DNA of 64,000 bases from Obrimoposthia wandeli (Eukaryota). Where the stretch lies: positions 124,001 to 188,000 of the forward strand of contig CDROCS010003797.1 in the NCBI GenBank assembly GCA_977020255.1, written 5' to 3'. The translations under genes were made by a program, and so were the position numbers. Shown piece after piece: positions 29,163 through 42,100 of this stretch; position 1 is the first letter of the stretch; each line of letters opens with the position of its first letter. The notes under the pieces were generated by a model, which made no database searches, was not told the DNA's origin, and was given only the letters and a program-made list of their open reading frames with translations.

Positions 29163-30009
29163 ACGACATCAACTTATTTTTAAAACGATTATGAGTGGCA
29201 ACAGGCATAGCTTTACGCACGTTGTCTAATTCTTGTTCTTGGTAATCAGCACAGATAATACCTTTACCGGTATCTAGCTGAGTCAGTATTTCACCCCAAG
29301 GGTTAATGATCATACTGTGGCCCCAAGTTTCTCGGCCATTTAAGTGCACACCTTCTTGCCCTGCAGCAATAATATAAACCTGATTTTCAATCGCCCGTGC
29401 CTGTAATAACGTTTGCCAATGTGCTGCGCCTGTTACCCGGGTAAAAGCACTAGGAACGGTAATAATTTTAGCGCCTTGTTGACACAACTGGCGAAATAAT
29501 TCAGGAAAGCGTAAATCATAACAAATAGCCAAACCGACATGAATACCCGCAACATCAACTACGCTAATGTGATCGCCAGCTTTAGCATAACGAGATTCAC
29601 AATAATTTTTTTCGCTATCTTGCACCGCAACATCAAATAAATGAATTTTATCATAATCTCCTAACTCTTTACCTTCTGGAGAAAAAACAAAACAGCTGTT
29701 TGTAAATTTTTCCTGCTGCTTTGATATAACAGGAATGCTGCCCGCAACAAGAAAAACATTATAGCGTACGGCAAGCCCGGCAAGCCGAACTTTTAGTTCA
29801 TCAGTCTCTTGATTTTTTTTAGCTAAAGTCAGCTGTTCTTTATCTTTACCGCCAAAAAACAAACAGCATTCGGGTAAAAGCACCAGTTGTTGCTGTACTT
29901 GCTCTAACGTAGCGAGTTGTCGTTCAATATCAGCAAAGTTATCTTCAATATTGGTATTGGAAGACATTTGAATGGCACAAAGTTGCATTTTTTTATTTGT
30001 CACTGTCAT
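29155..30009 (-). CDS. Carbon-nitrogen hydrolase (Nit1/deaminated glutathione amidase-like)
   Basis: [22 protein letters not shown] (E-K-C triad); lies between yhdP and tldD. Confidence 0.92.
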   Translation of the reverse strand: MTVTNKKMQLCAIQMSSNTNIEDNFADIERQLATLEQVQQQLVLLPECCLFFGGKDKEQLTLAKKNQETDELKVRLAGLAVRYNVFLVAGSIPVISKQQEKFTNSCFVFSPEGKELGDYDKIHLFDVAVQDSEKNYCESRYAKAGDHISVVDVAGIHVGLAICYDLRFPELFRQLCQQGAKIITVPSAFTRVTGAAHWQTLLQARAIENQVYIIAAGQEGVHLNGRETWGHSMIINPWGEILTQLDTGKGIICADYQEQELDNVRKAMPVATHNRFKNKLMSYE

Positions 30010-30030
30010 TATTATTACTAACCATGGTTA

Positions 30031-33000
30031 TTAACCGTCAATATTGTCTTTAGCTAGACTAAGATCTTTTGTGGTTTTTGGTACTATCGGTTCTTTCAGT
30101 GTTATCGGTTCAGTACTTTGAACCGGTTTCTCAATAACACTGTCGACAATACTGTCCACTATTTGAGGTGGCGATGAGCGGCCAACACTGATGTTTTTAT
30201 TTTTTCGGCTAACTTGTTTAAATTGCGGTTCATCTAAGTTCCCCGTCACTTCGAAATTAATTTCAGCAATAACCGTTGACGTAATAACTTCATCAAGCGC
30301 CATGCCGGCTAAAAACGTAACGGGGTTTAATGTTGCGATCCAAGCAAGTACTGGCAAGCTTGAGGTTAAATTAGGCTTGTATGACATGCGATAGTCAAGC
30401 TCGCCACTATTAAAGTTCGTGTTGCCGACAATAGTTAAATCGCCTGCGGTGCCCTTCATCATGACATTATCAGTATATGCCACGCCATCTTTTACGGTAA
30501 AACTACCTTGTAAGTCGCTATAGAACATACCATCACTAAAAATATCTCTAAAATCGAAACTAAGCTTACGTACCAATGACTGTAAACTGAGCAAAGATAA
30601 AATACGCACTCCTTTGTCATCTACATCCGCTAAATAACCATCGTCAAACTTTGCCAAAAGCTCGCCATCAAAGGTAGCCATAGTAAAGTCATGTGGACCG
30701 CCTTGCCAAGCCACGTCATATTCTACTTTTACGCCGCTATCTTTAATAATTGATGCATAGCCAATACGATCCACTTCACGAGCAACATTATCCGTTACTA
30801 GCGTACCAATAATGTTAGTTTGAGAGCCAGCGGGTGTTTGTTGCCACTTAGCGTCAAAAGCTATTTTAGATTTACCACGCTCTGCAACAAAGTTATTCAG
30901 TAGTAGGGTCTTTTCAGGCGCTCGCTCAAGACTAAAAGTAACAGCGCCAAAATCATAAGCGCCGTATTCACAGCTGGCACACTTAACTTTTAGCGGTGGT
31001 ACATTAGCAAATATCTCAGCATTTTTGATTGGATCAATAAAAACGATCGGCTGTATGTCTGCAACATTCTCGACCGTTGAATGCTGCATATTATCCAGTG
31101 TTGATGCTGAAGCATTGTTAGCCAATTCATCGTTAATGCTATGTGCTTTAATAGCAGGCAGGCTATCAACTTGATCTGGGTTATCATTTGCAGATTCTAG
31201 CGCTGTATTGCTGTTATTCCGACTAAGCTCTTGCTGCACTACCTCACGTTCTGGCCCTTGTAAGCGAATAAATTCGGCATTAATATCAACGCCCTGCAAA
31301 AGCCAATCAGCATAAAATTTAGCTGAGCCTCTCAACTCTTTAGCATTAACATTAAGCAACCAACCATCAGCTTCAGGCGTAAAGTCAAAATTAACTGCTT
31401 CAAGGTTCTCACTATAAACCGTCAAGTTAGCGATTTGGCCATGTATCTTATTTGGCGCGGATAAAACACTAGTCTCAACAATCGCACTCACAGCTGGAGC
31501 TTTAGAACCTTCTGAACCCAACTTTTCAGTTGATATTGAAGTAGACTCCGTTGGTTCAACTTCAACGGCACTCAGAATGTCTAAAACCAAGGGTTGCCAT
31601 TGTTCATATTCTGCTTGCGCTAAATCTGCCGTGATATGAAAGCCATCTGTTGGCTGACAAAATTGCTGCGCGCCTAAGACTAGGTGTGCCAATGAAAAAC
31701 GTGTTTGTTGATGATCAAGTGAGCCATAAAAGTCGACCTTGTCACCAACTTCAGCATTGATCGTACTATTGTTCTCATCACCAAAAGCATGAATATTGAC
31801 CGCGATTTTTTCATCTTTAGCTTTATTAAATGGTACAGGTAGCGCCAAAGAAATGTCTTCTAAAGTAGAGGCAGCTTGGTAGTCATAAGTGAAGTTTTTG
31901 TCACTAATACTCAGTGCTAATAGCCCTTGCCAAGCTAAGTTTCCTTGCCCGTATTTCAATAAATCATCAGGTAATTGTGTTTGCCATTGTGCTTCTTGCC
32001 ATTGAGCTATGGTTTCAATATTGACACTATAGTGATCAGGTTTTTGCTGTGTTTTTGCGTTTATAGTCAAAGGCAAACCACGCCAAATGAGTTCAACACC
32101 AGCAGCGGTTATCAGCTCATTATGATAATCTAAGCGACCATTAACCTTGCTAAAGTCCATGCGTGGCGCTTGCAGAGCCAAATTATTATTATTGAAATCG
32201 ACATGGCCTTTTGCAATAACGGCATCGAGATCATTTAAGGGTAGTATTAAAGAAAAGTCACCACTAATTGGCTCTGAAATAATCACTTGTTCTAGCGTTG
32301 CACCAACAGTATCCTGCATGGGACTAGCGTTCATTAGTGCAGTAACCCATTGCGGTTGCGTCTGCGAAAAATCTGCATCAACAGTTAATATTTGCCCGGT
32401 AGATAAACTAACTATCCCGGCTTCAACTCCGCTAACATCAATACCTGACAACGTACCTTCACGACCAGTAATTAACATGCTGTCGTTAGTAAAATTGAGG
32501 TTAGCAACGAAATTTTCTATTGCAGGCCATTCAGGATCAAATTTAAATGTGCTTTCAGACAGCTCGGCATCGACAACAAAAATGCCTTCATTATCATTAA
32601 AAGGAAAGCTTTGAAATGGACCATTAAATAGCACTAAAGCTTGCTTAACTTTACCATCAATAATCGCACCATTTAAGTAATCGACTAAGGGTTGTCCCAT
32701 CAATAAGTGAGGATAAAAATATTCAGCATGCTTTGCATTTCCGTCGCTTGCGCTAGCTAATAGCGCCATAGTCACGGGCTGTTCCTCAGTACTATTAACT
32801 TTAAGGTCAGCATTCAAATGTAAATTTTCTGAGCTAAAATCGATATTTTCCACTGATAAATACCAGCTATTATCAGAAAATGTAGCATTAACCAGGGCTG
32901 TTAACTGTGTATAAGGTATAGGATATTTAAAATGTTGATCAAAATCGAGTTCACCGTCAATGGCATTTAATGATATCTGTAATTGTTTGTTAGCATAAAG

Positions 33001-34251
33001 TAATTCGCCACTGACATTATCTATGCCGGGAATACCATTGCTAAACTGACTATCAACATTCTCAAACCTCGCTGATATAGCAAAGTCGTCTGCCGTAGTT
33101 TTAAAGTTAATATCTGCAACTCGCCCTTTTGCAGAAAGCTCAAAGAGCATCTTCTCAAGCGGTATATCGTCGAATAATAGCGGCGACAACCCTGAAAAAC
33201 TTGCCAGCTCTATAGCGCTAATATAACCATCAACTTTCCCGCTATTGACAGTGGCCTGTAATGATATTTTATTGGTTTCAATACCATTTCGCTTTATGGT
33301 TAACGGCGAAGTTACCAAGTTAAAATTCAGCTCATCAATACTTTTTATTTTGACATCGCCACCGATAATTTCAAAGGTTTGGATTTTGCCTAAATGTTGC
33401 CAAGTAATCGTATTATCGCCTAGCGCTACCTGAATAGTTTCTGGCCTACCGGCACGAATATTTAACCATGCGTCGAAGTTAATAGCTGAATGCGTATTAG
33501 CGTCTTTTATCGCTAAAACTCTTCCGAGCGAGGGTGTAATGTCGATTTCATTGGCTTTAAGGTAAGCTTGACCACTTAAGCTATCAAACTTCTTGCCTTC
33601 AAAATCCAATAATACTTTCAAATTATTGGAACTTAGTCCATCAACAATGACATTACCGTTTGCTCGATGGCGTTCGCCATCATTGACCCAAAACATTTCA
33701 TTGATGGTAAAGGCTCGTTCACCAGCCACAGTGCGATAAAGTAAATGACTATCACGAATAGAAAAACGTGATATTTGTTCAAGCAATATCGTTGAAAGCG
33801 AGTCAGTTAAACTATCTTCCGTTTTATCATCGGTAATGTCTTCGGAGATGTCTTCTGCTGAGTTTAGTAAGGCTGTTTGCTCAAATGCTAATTCCGCACC
33901 TGAAATAACAAAGTTTTCGGTCACTAGTTGCCTTGAGCGAATGCTCTGCCAAAAATCGAGTTCGACCTCTAAATTCTCGATATAGACTTTACGGTTACCA
34001 TCCGATAAAAGTTCTACTTGGCCGGTGATCAATGTTGGGCCTGATTTTCGCCAGCCCATACTTAATGAACCAATGGAGATATTACTGTTATAGCTGCTAT
34101 TAATATAATCTTCGACATTTTGGCGGTAATTGTGCGCATAAGGCAAAAATAAACGCAATGTACTGATCAGCACAGCAAAAACTACTAACAAAATTGCTAA
34201 TAGTTTATATAGGTGCTTAAGCGATTTATTTAATACCGAGACAACAGTCAT
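30031..34251 (-). CDS. yhdP: YhdP, AsmA-like phospholipid-bridge protein
   Basis: 1406 aa, N-terminal TM, AsmA-like C-terminus (FRDIFSDGMFY...GNLDEPQ); conserved position between rng and nitrilase/tldD. Confidence 0.88.
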   Translation of the reverse strand: MTVVSVLNKSLKHLYKLLAILLVVFAVLISTLRLFLPYAHNYRQNVEDYINSSYNSNISIGSLSMGWRKSGPTLITGQVELLSDGNRKVYIENLEVELDFWQSIRSRQLVTENFVISGAELAFEQTALLNSAEDISEDITDDKTEDSLTDSLSTILLEQISRFSIRDSHLLYRTVAGERAFTINEMFWVNDGERHRANGNVIVDGLSSNNLKVLLDFEGKKFDSLSGQAYLKANEIDITPSLGRVLAIKDANTHSAINFDAWLNIRAGRPETIQVALGDNTITWQHLGKIQTFEIIGGDVKIKSIDELNFNLVTSPLTIKRNGIETNKISLQATVNSGKVDGYISAIELASFSGLSPLLFDDIPLEKMLFELSAKGRVADINFKTTADDFAISARFENVDSQFSNGIPGIDNVSGELLYANKQLQISLNAIDGELDFDQHFKYPIPYTQLTALVNATFSDNSWYLSVENIDFSSENLHLNADLKVNSTEEQPVTMALLASASDGNAKHAEYFYPHLLMGQPLVDYLNGAIIDGKVKQALVLFNGPFQSFPFNDNEGIFVVDAELSESTFKFDPEWPAIENFVANLNFTNDSMLITGREGTLSGIDVSGVEAGIVSLSTGQILTVDADFSQTQPQWVTALMNASPMQDTVGATLEQVIISEPISGDFSLILPLNDLDAVIAKGHVDFNNNNLALQAPRMDFSKVNGRLDYHNELITAAGVELIWRGLPLTINAKTQQKPDHYSVNIETIAQWQEAQWQTQLPDDLLKYGQGNLAWQGLLALSISDKNFTYDYQAASTLEDISLALPVPFNKAKDEKIAVNIHAFGDENNSTINAEVGDKVDFYGSLDHQQTRFSLAHLVLGAQQFCQPTDGFHITADLAQAEYEQWQPLVLDILSAVEVEPTESTSISTEKLGSEGSKAPAVSAIVETSVLSAPNKIHGQIANLTVYSENLEAVNFDFTPEADGWLLNVNAKELRGSAKFYADWLLQGVDINAEFIRLQGPEREVVQQELSRNNSNTALESANDNPDQVDSLPAIKAHSINDELANNASASTLDNMQHSTVENVADIQPIVFIDPIKNAEIFANVPPLKVKCASCEYGAYDFGAVTFSLERAPEKTLLLNNFVAERGKSKIAFDAKWQQTPAGSQTNIIGTLVTDNVAREVDRIGYASIIKDSGVKVEYDVAWQGGPHDFTMATFDGELLAKFDDGYLADVDDKGVRILSLLSLQSLVRKLSFDFRDIFSDGMFYSDLQGSFTVKDGVAYTDNVMMKGTAGDLTIVGNTNFNSGELDYRMSYKPNLTSSLPVLAWIATLNPVTFLAGMALDEVITSTVIAEINFEVTGNLDEPQFKQVSRKNKNISVGRSSPPQIVDSIVDSVIEKPVQSTEPITLKEPIVPKTTKDLSLAKDNIDG

Positions 34252-34317
34252 TATGCTTTAACCAAACCTTCATTTACGCTTACATTTACTTTAATAATTA
34301 CTACACCTGTTCCATCA

Positions 34318-35781
34318 TTACATCATAACGACATCGAATTGCTCTTGATTATACATGTTTTCAGTTTGCACTTTAATCTGCTTACCAATGAACACTTCAA
34401 GCTCAGCAAGGTTATGATACTCATCGTTTGTTAATGACTCACTTACTGAGGATGAGGCGTAGACAATAAATTTATCGGTATCGTATGCTCGATTGACCCG
34501 GACAATTTCTCGTAAAATCTCAAAACAAACTGTTTCAACCGTTTTGACATAGCCTCGACCGTGGCAAACCTCACATTCACCACAGAGAATATGCTCTAAA
34601 CTTTCACGCGTGCGTTTACGGGTCATTTCAACCAAGCCAAGAGCCGAAAACCCTGACAAGCTATACTTAACATTATCTTTGGCCATTGCTACATCTAAAC
34701 TATGTAAAACTCGGCGCTGATGTTCTTTATCACTCATATCGATAAAGTCGACGATAATAATACCACCAAGGTTTCTCAATCTAAGTTGTCGTGCGATAGC
34801 TTGAGTGGCTTCAATATTGGTATTAAAAATAGTTTCTTCTAAATTTCGATGCCCGACAAAAGCACCGGTATTTATATCAATGGTTGTCATGGCTTCGGTT
34901 TGATCTATGATCAAGTAACCACCTGACTTCAATGTTATCTTTCGATGTAATGAACGCTGAATTTCGCTCTCAACATCAAACAAGTCGAATATAGGCCTTT
35001 CACCAGGATAACATTCCAAAACGGGTGCTAAATTGGGTACAAATTCAGTGGTAAATTCAAGTAATTGCTCGTAAGTGAGTTTAGAGTCAACACGAATGCG
35101 CTCAAGTGAAACACCGACAAAATCTCGCAGTACACGAAATGCTAACGACAAATCTTGGTAAATAGGATCTTTTGTTTGTTTGCGCTCTTTGCGCTCAATC
35201 ACTTTCGCCCAAACACGACGTAAAAATTCAGCGTCATGTTGTAGTTCTTCAATGCTAGCTCCCTCAGCTGCGGTACGTACAATAAAGCCATGATCTTTAC
35301 CGCAATAAGGGGTCACAATTGATTTTAAGCGATTGCGTTCAGCAGGATCATCGATACGTTGCGATATGCCAGCGTGATTAGCATTAGGCATTAGCACTAA
35401 AAAACGTGCCGCGACTGTAATATCAGTTGTTAAGCGCGCGCCTTTGGTACCTAAAGGGTCTTTAACCACTTGCACGACAATGTGCTGACCTTCATGTACC
35501 AAATTGCGAATGTCAGGCACCTGTTCGCTATTATTCTCTTCTTTTAGAATGAGCTTAGAATTAATATCTGACGCATGTAAAAAAGCAGCTTTTCCTAAGT
35601 TAATATCAACAAAGGCGGCTTGCATACCCGGTAATACCCGAATTATTTTACCTAAATAAATATTCCCTACCAAACCACGACGAGCCTCGCGCTCAACATG
35701 CACTTCTTGCAGTGAACCATTTTCGATTAATGCTACCCGTGTTTCGCTCGGGGTTACATTGATAAGTAATTCACCGCTCAT
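34318..35781 (-). CDS. rng: Ribonuclease G
   Basis: GNIYLGKI, PGMQAAFVDI, DQTEAMTTIDINTG, RLRNLGGIIIVDFIDM. Confidence 0.97.
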   Translation of the reverse strand: MSGELLINVTPSETRVALIENGSLQEVHVEREARRGLVGNIYLGKIIRVLPGMQAAFVDINLGKAAFLHASDINSKLILKEENNSEQVPDIRNLVHEGQHIVVQVVKDPLGTKGARLTTDITVAARFLVLMPNANHAGISQRIDDPAERNRLKSIVTPYCGKDHGFIVRTAAEGASIEELQHDAEFLRRVWAKVIERKERKQTKDPIYQDLSLAFRVLRDFVGVSLERIRVDSKLTYEQLLEFTTEFVPNLAPVLECYPGERPIFDLFDVESEIQRSLHRKITLKSGGYLIIDQTEAMTTIDINTGAFVGHRNLEETIFNTNIEATQAIARQLRLRNLGGIIIVDFIDMSDKEHQRRVLHSLDVAMAKDNVKYSLSGFSALGLVEMTRKRTRESLEHILCGECEVCHGRGYVKTVETVCFEILREIVRVNRAYDTDKFIVYASSSVSESLTNDEYHNLAELEVFIGKQIKVQTENMYNQEQFDVVMM

Positions 35782-35793
35782 ATTGATTCCTAT

Positions 35794-36381
35794 TTAATCT
35801 GGTGTCATTGATGACTTTACGCCGAATGTTGATAACAGCTGAGCTGTTTCATATAGAGGTAATCCCACTACGGCAGAGTAGCTACCGCGAATTTGTTTAA
35901 CAAACTGACCGGCAATTCCTTGAATACCGTAAGCTCCAGCTTTATCTTGCGGCTCACCTGTTTGCCAATATTGTGCTATCTCTTGCTCGCTGAGTATTTT
36001 AAAATCTACTTCTGTACTGACCACAACGACCGAATTACGTTCGCCTTTAACTGCTGCAATAGCCGTAATAACCTGATGAGAATTACCTGACAACATTTTT
36101 AACATGGTTAGGCATTCACTAAACGAGGCCGGTTTACCCAAAATATGTTCACCAAATATCACGCTAGTATCTGAGCCGAGCACAACAACATCTGGGCCAT
36201 TTTTTTGTGCTATAACTGTAGCCTTCTCTAGTGCTAAACGCGCAACATATTGTTCAGGCGTTTCGGTTGGTAATACGCTTTCGTCAATATCAGCAGGCGC
36301 ACAAGAAAAATCATAACCGAGCTGTTGTAGGAGTTCTTTTCGACGTGGCGATTGTGACGCTAATATTAAAGTTTTAGGCAT
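35794..36381 (-). CDS. maf: Maf/YhdE nucleoside-triphosphate pyrophosphatase
   Basis: LASQSPRRKELL, GSDT, DKAGAYGIQG, VVGLP. Confidence 0.95.
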   Translation of the reverse strand: MPKTLILASQSPRRKELLQQLGYDFSCAPADIDESVLPTETPEQYVARLALEKATVIAQKNGPDVVVLGSDTSVIFGEHILGKPASFSECLTMLKMLSGNSHQVITAIAAVKGERNSVVVVSTEVDFKILSEQEIAQYWQTGEPQDKAGAYGIQGIAGQFVKQIRGSYSAVVGLPLYETAQLLSTFGVKSSMTPD

Positions 36382-36382
36382 G

Positions 36383-36862
36383 TTATTTGATTCGAAAGTT
36401 TCGTCTTATTTTACGTAATAATAAAAAGGCCCAAGGCCACAATATAATCGTTGTCAGTACGGGGTATAAATAACTTGGCAAAAATACCGCATCCGTTAAG
36501 AAGCGCTGTAGCCAAAATACAATAAGGTGGTATAACGCCGACAGCACACCAACAATCAGTGCTTGTTGCCAAATAGAAAAGTTACGAATTTTCTGAAAGT
36601 TTCCAGCAACAATATATACAGAAAGTGCCATTGCGCCCGCGTGTACTCCTAAGGTTGAACCCAGTAACACATCAAGAATAAAACCCATAACCCACGCGGA
36701 TATAACGTTAACGCGTGCAGGCAGAGCCAAGCACCAATAGAGCAAAACCACCAACACCCAATCAGGGCGAAAAGCGTCAACGCTCAACGGCAACGGCATA
36801 ATACTCGCCATTAGTGCCACTAAAAATGTCAAAAGAATAATTAAACGGCTGGAAATGGTCAT
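36383..36862 (-). CDS. mreD: Rod shape-determining protein MreD
   Basis: RPDWVLLVLLYW-like motif, GFILDVLLGSTLG; operon position. Confidence 0.95.
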   Translation of the reverse strand: MTISSRLIILLTFLVALMASIMPLPLSVDAFRPDWVLVVLLYWCLALPARVNVISAWVMGFILDVLLGSTLGVHAGAMALSVYIVAGNFQKIRNFSIWQQALIVGVLSALYHLIVFWLQRFLTDAVFLPSYLYPVLTTIILWPWAFLLLRKIRRNFRIK

Positions 36863-37740
36863 TGACTGTTAGCCTTTTTATCTGGCACTTTGCTTGATGT
36901 TTTACTCTGTTGACTACCGGCTTGCTCTGGCCATAATAATAACACGTAGCGCAGGCGATCAATTTTTGCCACAGGTTGACTTTGAATTTGAGAAAAAGCA
37001 CGAGACTCATCTTGCAGCACTAACGTTACTTTCGCTACAGGGTAACCTTCAGGAAATTTACCACCAAGTCCAGAGGTAACCAGTAAATCATCAACACGAA
37101 TATCAGTACTGTGCGGTACATGATTGTGACTTAAAGCGCCAATAACACCAACACCGCTGGCAATCAATCGAACACCATTACGGCTTATTCTCACGGGTAC
37201 TGCATGTGTTACGTCGGTGATCAGTAATACACGGCTACTTGTTGTTCCAACATGTAATATTTGACCAACAATACCTTCATCGTCAATAACCGCTTGGCCT
37301 TCAAATACACCGTCATTTGCACCGCGATTTATCACGACTTGATGAGTGTAGGGATCGCTATCAACGGCCAGTATTTCTGCTACCATTTTTTTGGCGTCTC
37401 CACGTAAAGGAGAAGCAAGTAAGGCTCTTAGGCGCTCATTTTCACGTTTAATAATATCTAATCGTAATGATTGTTCATGAAAAACTAATTCATTAATTTT
37501 ATATTGCTCATTTTCATCAATGAGTTGACGACGAGTGACAATATTTTCAGCGGCCCAGTTCATCATCTGTTTCGGCGCTGTTGCTAGATATTGCAAAGGA
37601 CTAACCATAGATTGCAAAAAACCTCGAGCGGACTCAAAGCTATTCATTTTATGATCAAAAAATATTAATGCTGCAGAACAAAAAAGCACCAAAACGAGTC
37701 GGTGCTGTGGGGAAGGTCCATGTTTAAATATAGGATTCAT
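36859..37740 (-). CDS. mreC: Rod shape-determining protein MreC
   Basis: N-terminal TM, ENERLRALL coiled coil, LVTSGLGGKFPEGYPV. Confidence 0.96.
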   Translation of the reverse strand: MNPIFKHGPSPQHRLVLVLFCSAALIFFDHKMNSFESARGFLQSMVSPLQYLATAPKQMMNWAAENIVTRRQLIDENEQYKINELVFHEQSLRLDIIKRENERLRALLASPLRGDAKKMVAEILAVDSDPYTHQVVINRGANDGVFEGQAVIDDEGIVGQILHVGTTSSRVLLITDVTHAVPVRISRNGVRLIASGVGVIGALSHNHVPHSTDIRVDDLLVTSGLGGKFPEGYPVAKVTLVLQDESRAFSQIQSQPVAKIDRLRYVLLLWPEQAGSQQSKTSSKVPDKKANSQ

Positions 37741-37873
37741 AAATTAAACTTGTATAAATGCTAATGTAGTTAGTGCCGTTTATTTTAAGGGCAATAGCGA
37801 TGTACAATATTAACCTAAGTCAACAAGGTACATCGATGACGCCGATAAAAAATGGCAACCAATACTTAGTATG

Positions 37874-38944
<1,071 letters not shown>

Positions 38945-39174
38945 CTAGGCAACAAATTGCCAGAATAGTATTTTGCTTGATTTGCCAGACTGATAACAGC
39001 TGACAAATGATATTTGGTATTATTAACACGTTATCATACCGCAGACTATCGCACTTGTGTTGTATCAATGGAAAAAATATCGTGAAATATTGTGAAATTT
39101 CAACATTAAGCTACTCAATTAAGGTCAAATAGCAGAAATTCACCTCAATAGCAGGCACCAAACAATGATATCAC

Positions 39175-42100
39175 TTAATTCGATATTTCACGCCATGAGA
39201 TAATCCGGTCATTACCTCGATAAAGGCCAAAGTTTAATATTGCACTGGGATTATCGTCATAGAAATTGCCATCTGCACCACCGTCTAAAGCATCCCACTT
39301 AAATTTAAACCAAGCAGGTACATTGTATTCCCACTCAAGCGTCCCTTGTTTACCCGGTGCAGTAAAGAATAGTTGTTTCTGCATGCCTTTATCGAGTACA
39401 CCAGTAACACTAGCCGTAGTATCTGCGATTTCGATGGCATCGGTATCAATATCGATTAAACGATAATCCCAAAGGTTCATGTTGCCGGAGTATTTTAGTC
39501 CTGATTTTTTCTCTTTGAGTTCAGTGCTTAAACAAACTTCATCTGCATGTACTGTAAAGCCTGTAGCGCCATAAACTTCAACCGACAATGGCGCTCGCAG
39601 TGGTGAATTTTCCGAGCCGTATGAGTTTTCTAACACCAATCGAGCAAAGCGAACCTCAACCCCTTCGCTGATAAGCTTTTCAATAGCGCCTTCGGCTATC
39701 TCGTTACTTGTAGTTTCCGTTTGTAAGGTTACACCATCTTGATCAGTAATTTGCTCTGTAACAAAGGGGATTTTCGCCGAAAAAGGTTGTAAAAAGCTGG
39801 TATCATCGCGATCATAACTAAAGTGGTCGTTATCAGAAAACTTATAAAGCATTTGTCCGGCAACTAACTCACCTTCATTAACACTAAAATCTAGCGTACC
39901 AACAGCCATAAACGAAGTGATTTCAACAAAGTTTATAGCATTTTCATCAACACTTAACTCCTCGTCATTAACGCGTAATTGCTCATCATCATGGTTAGGG
40001 GAGGTTACCTTAACACCAGCTGCTAGCAGTTTCATATAGCCCTCGGGTGCACCTAATGTATAGTTTTTGGTTATTTTATTTTGCGCATTAAATGCAGTAA
40101 TGGCTATTTTCGGTTCAAGGCTATAGCTAATAGTCCCATTATTATCGGTAGTGCGTTGCCCGGTATAAGTCCAGTCTGCTATTTCACACAGCCTTGAGTT
40201 GGCTTCACTGTGATAAGCATCAAGTGTACCTGCCGTATTAACCGTTTGCTTAAAATAGGCAGGAATAAAACGCCCAAGCGTTAAGTCATCAGCACTTATT
40301 AAACCTTCAGTACCTGTTAAGCCGCCATAGCTGTTCGCCTGTACATCAATATTGACAATTCCCACTTCATTATATTGCCCGCCGCTAAATGTCGACGTTC
40401 CTTTCTCGTTATCGTTATCGTTATCGTTGACACTAAAACTCGTTAATGTAACAGGCTGAAATGTACTACTCGTCTCAACATTCAGGTCCTTCGCGTAGCT
40501 AAATTTACCTTTAACGGTCCCCGTATTCACTGGTGCTATTTGTAGCACTTGCAATTGCAGTGGCCCATCACTTTGGCGATAATTCTGTGTAGCTGACCCC
40601 TGAGAATTTAACGCACGGACATTAAAACTAAAATCCTGACCGGCAACAAAAGTACTATCAGTTAACGCGTTGTAACGAGCGCTAGAATCAATAAGAAATT
40701 TGTCAGGCTTTACCCAAAAGTTATTTGAACTGCCAACGATGGCAATTTCGTCATTAGCATATTTGGCATGCAAACGAATTTGTCCGGCATCAAGGTATTT
40801 GGGTGTTGGTATAATCGCAATGCTGTCAGCAGCGAAATCCAACGTCACATTATCAGTAAATTGCGGATGCTTGGCGATGTTGCTACCAGCGCTCTGGAAC
40901 GCTAAGCCATGATTAAAGCTTAGCTCTGGTGTAATATTTTCTTGCGCTAAGCTCACCTTAACCGCACCAGTAAATAACCCTTCACACACACCATTATTAC
41001 TTTTCACGGCTTGCAATTTTAACGTTTTTGAAAATTCTATACCGGCTGTTTGGTGTGCAATAGTCTCATTATTGTCGTCACCAGAGAGAAATCTAAAGCC
41101 AGCGTTAGCAAAATTCATAACACAGCTATCACCAACTCCTGAACATTCAACAGCATCACTCGCAGTAACGGTTGCCCCACTTATCGATAAGGTCAGAGCT
41201 TCAGCAACAACGTGATTAAATGTAAAGCTCGTACTGCCGGTAAAAGTCGGTGATGCTTTAATAACATTGGTGCCCGTGGGATCAGTCACGGTAAAGTCTA
41301 AACTCACTGACTCAGTACTTAGGTCGTCATTGCTTGAACAATCACTATTGGTACAAGCTTTGACCGTTATTGGCTCCACGGCACAAGTTAAACCATTGCC
41401 ATCATGAACTATTTCATAATGATGAATTCTCCTGCAAGCGCTTGCTTGGCGAGTTGACCCATCGTAATTTTTACTTAAATTTTGATAATCATAAATTGCC
41501 GTTATATCATTGGCTGTTAAAGCACCATTGAAAACTATAAATTCATCTAATGGCGCTCTAAAGCCCTGCGGATTGAAGCCATTCACATCATCAAATGAAG
41601 TACCAATATACTTCAAGGTGCCCGTGGGAGCTAAATTAACTGTCTCAATAAAATTACCATCTATATAAAGACTTGTTGTATTTCCTTGATAAACAAGCAC
41701 CATATGATGCCAATTTGCATCTAACGTCGCGAATGAATAAGTGCCATATACATTACCTTGATCGGGTTGATAAACTGCCCAACGCATACTTCGAGTTCGA
41801 TCGAGTAACAATAAATCGCCACCATTTTCCATGGCACCAAAAACAAAGTAGCGGCTACCACTATTACTATCGGGCTTTTTAAACCAAGTAGATACACTAT
41901 ATGTTGTTGGTAAAGGAATACTCACCTGTACGTGATGCGGAGCAGACACCATATTGAGGGCGTTATCGATTTGACCAAAATCAGTGGTATTTACATTGTT
42001 ATGGCTGGTACCTGAATAGCTACCCTGCTGATCAATAACCTCATTACCAGCTCCTGTATATGAACATTCATCAAATTGGAAATTTGCCATTACCGAAACA

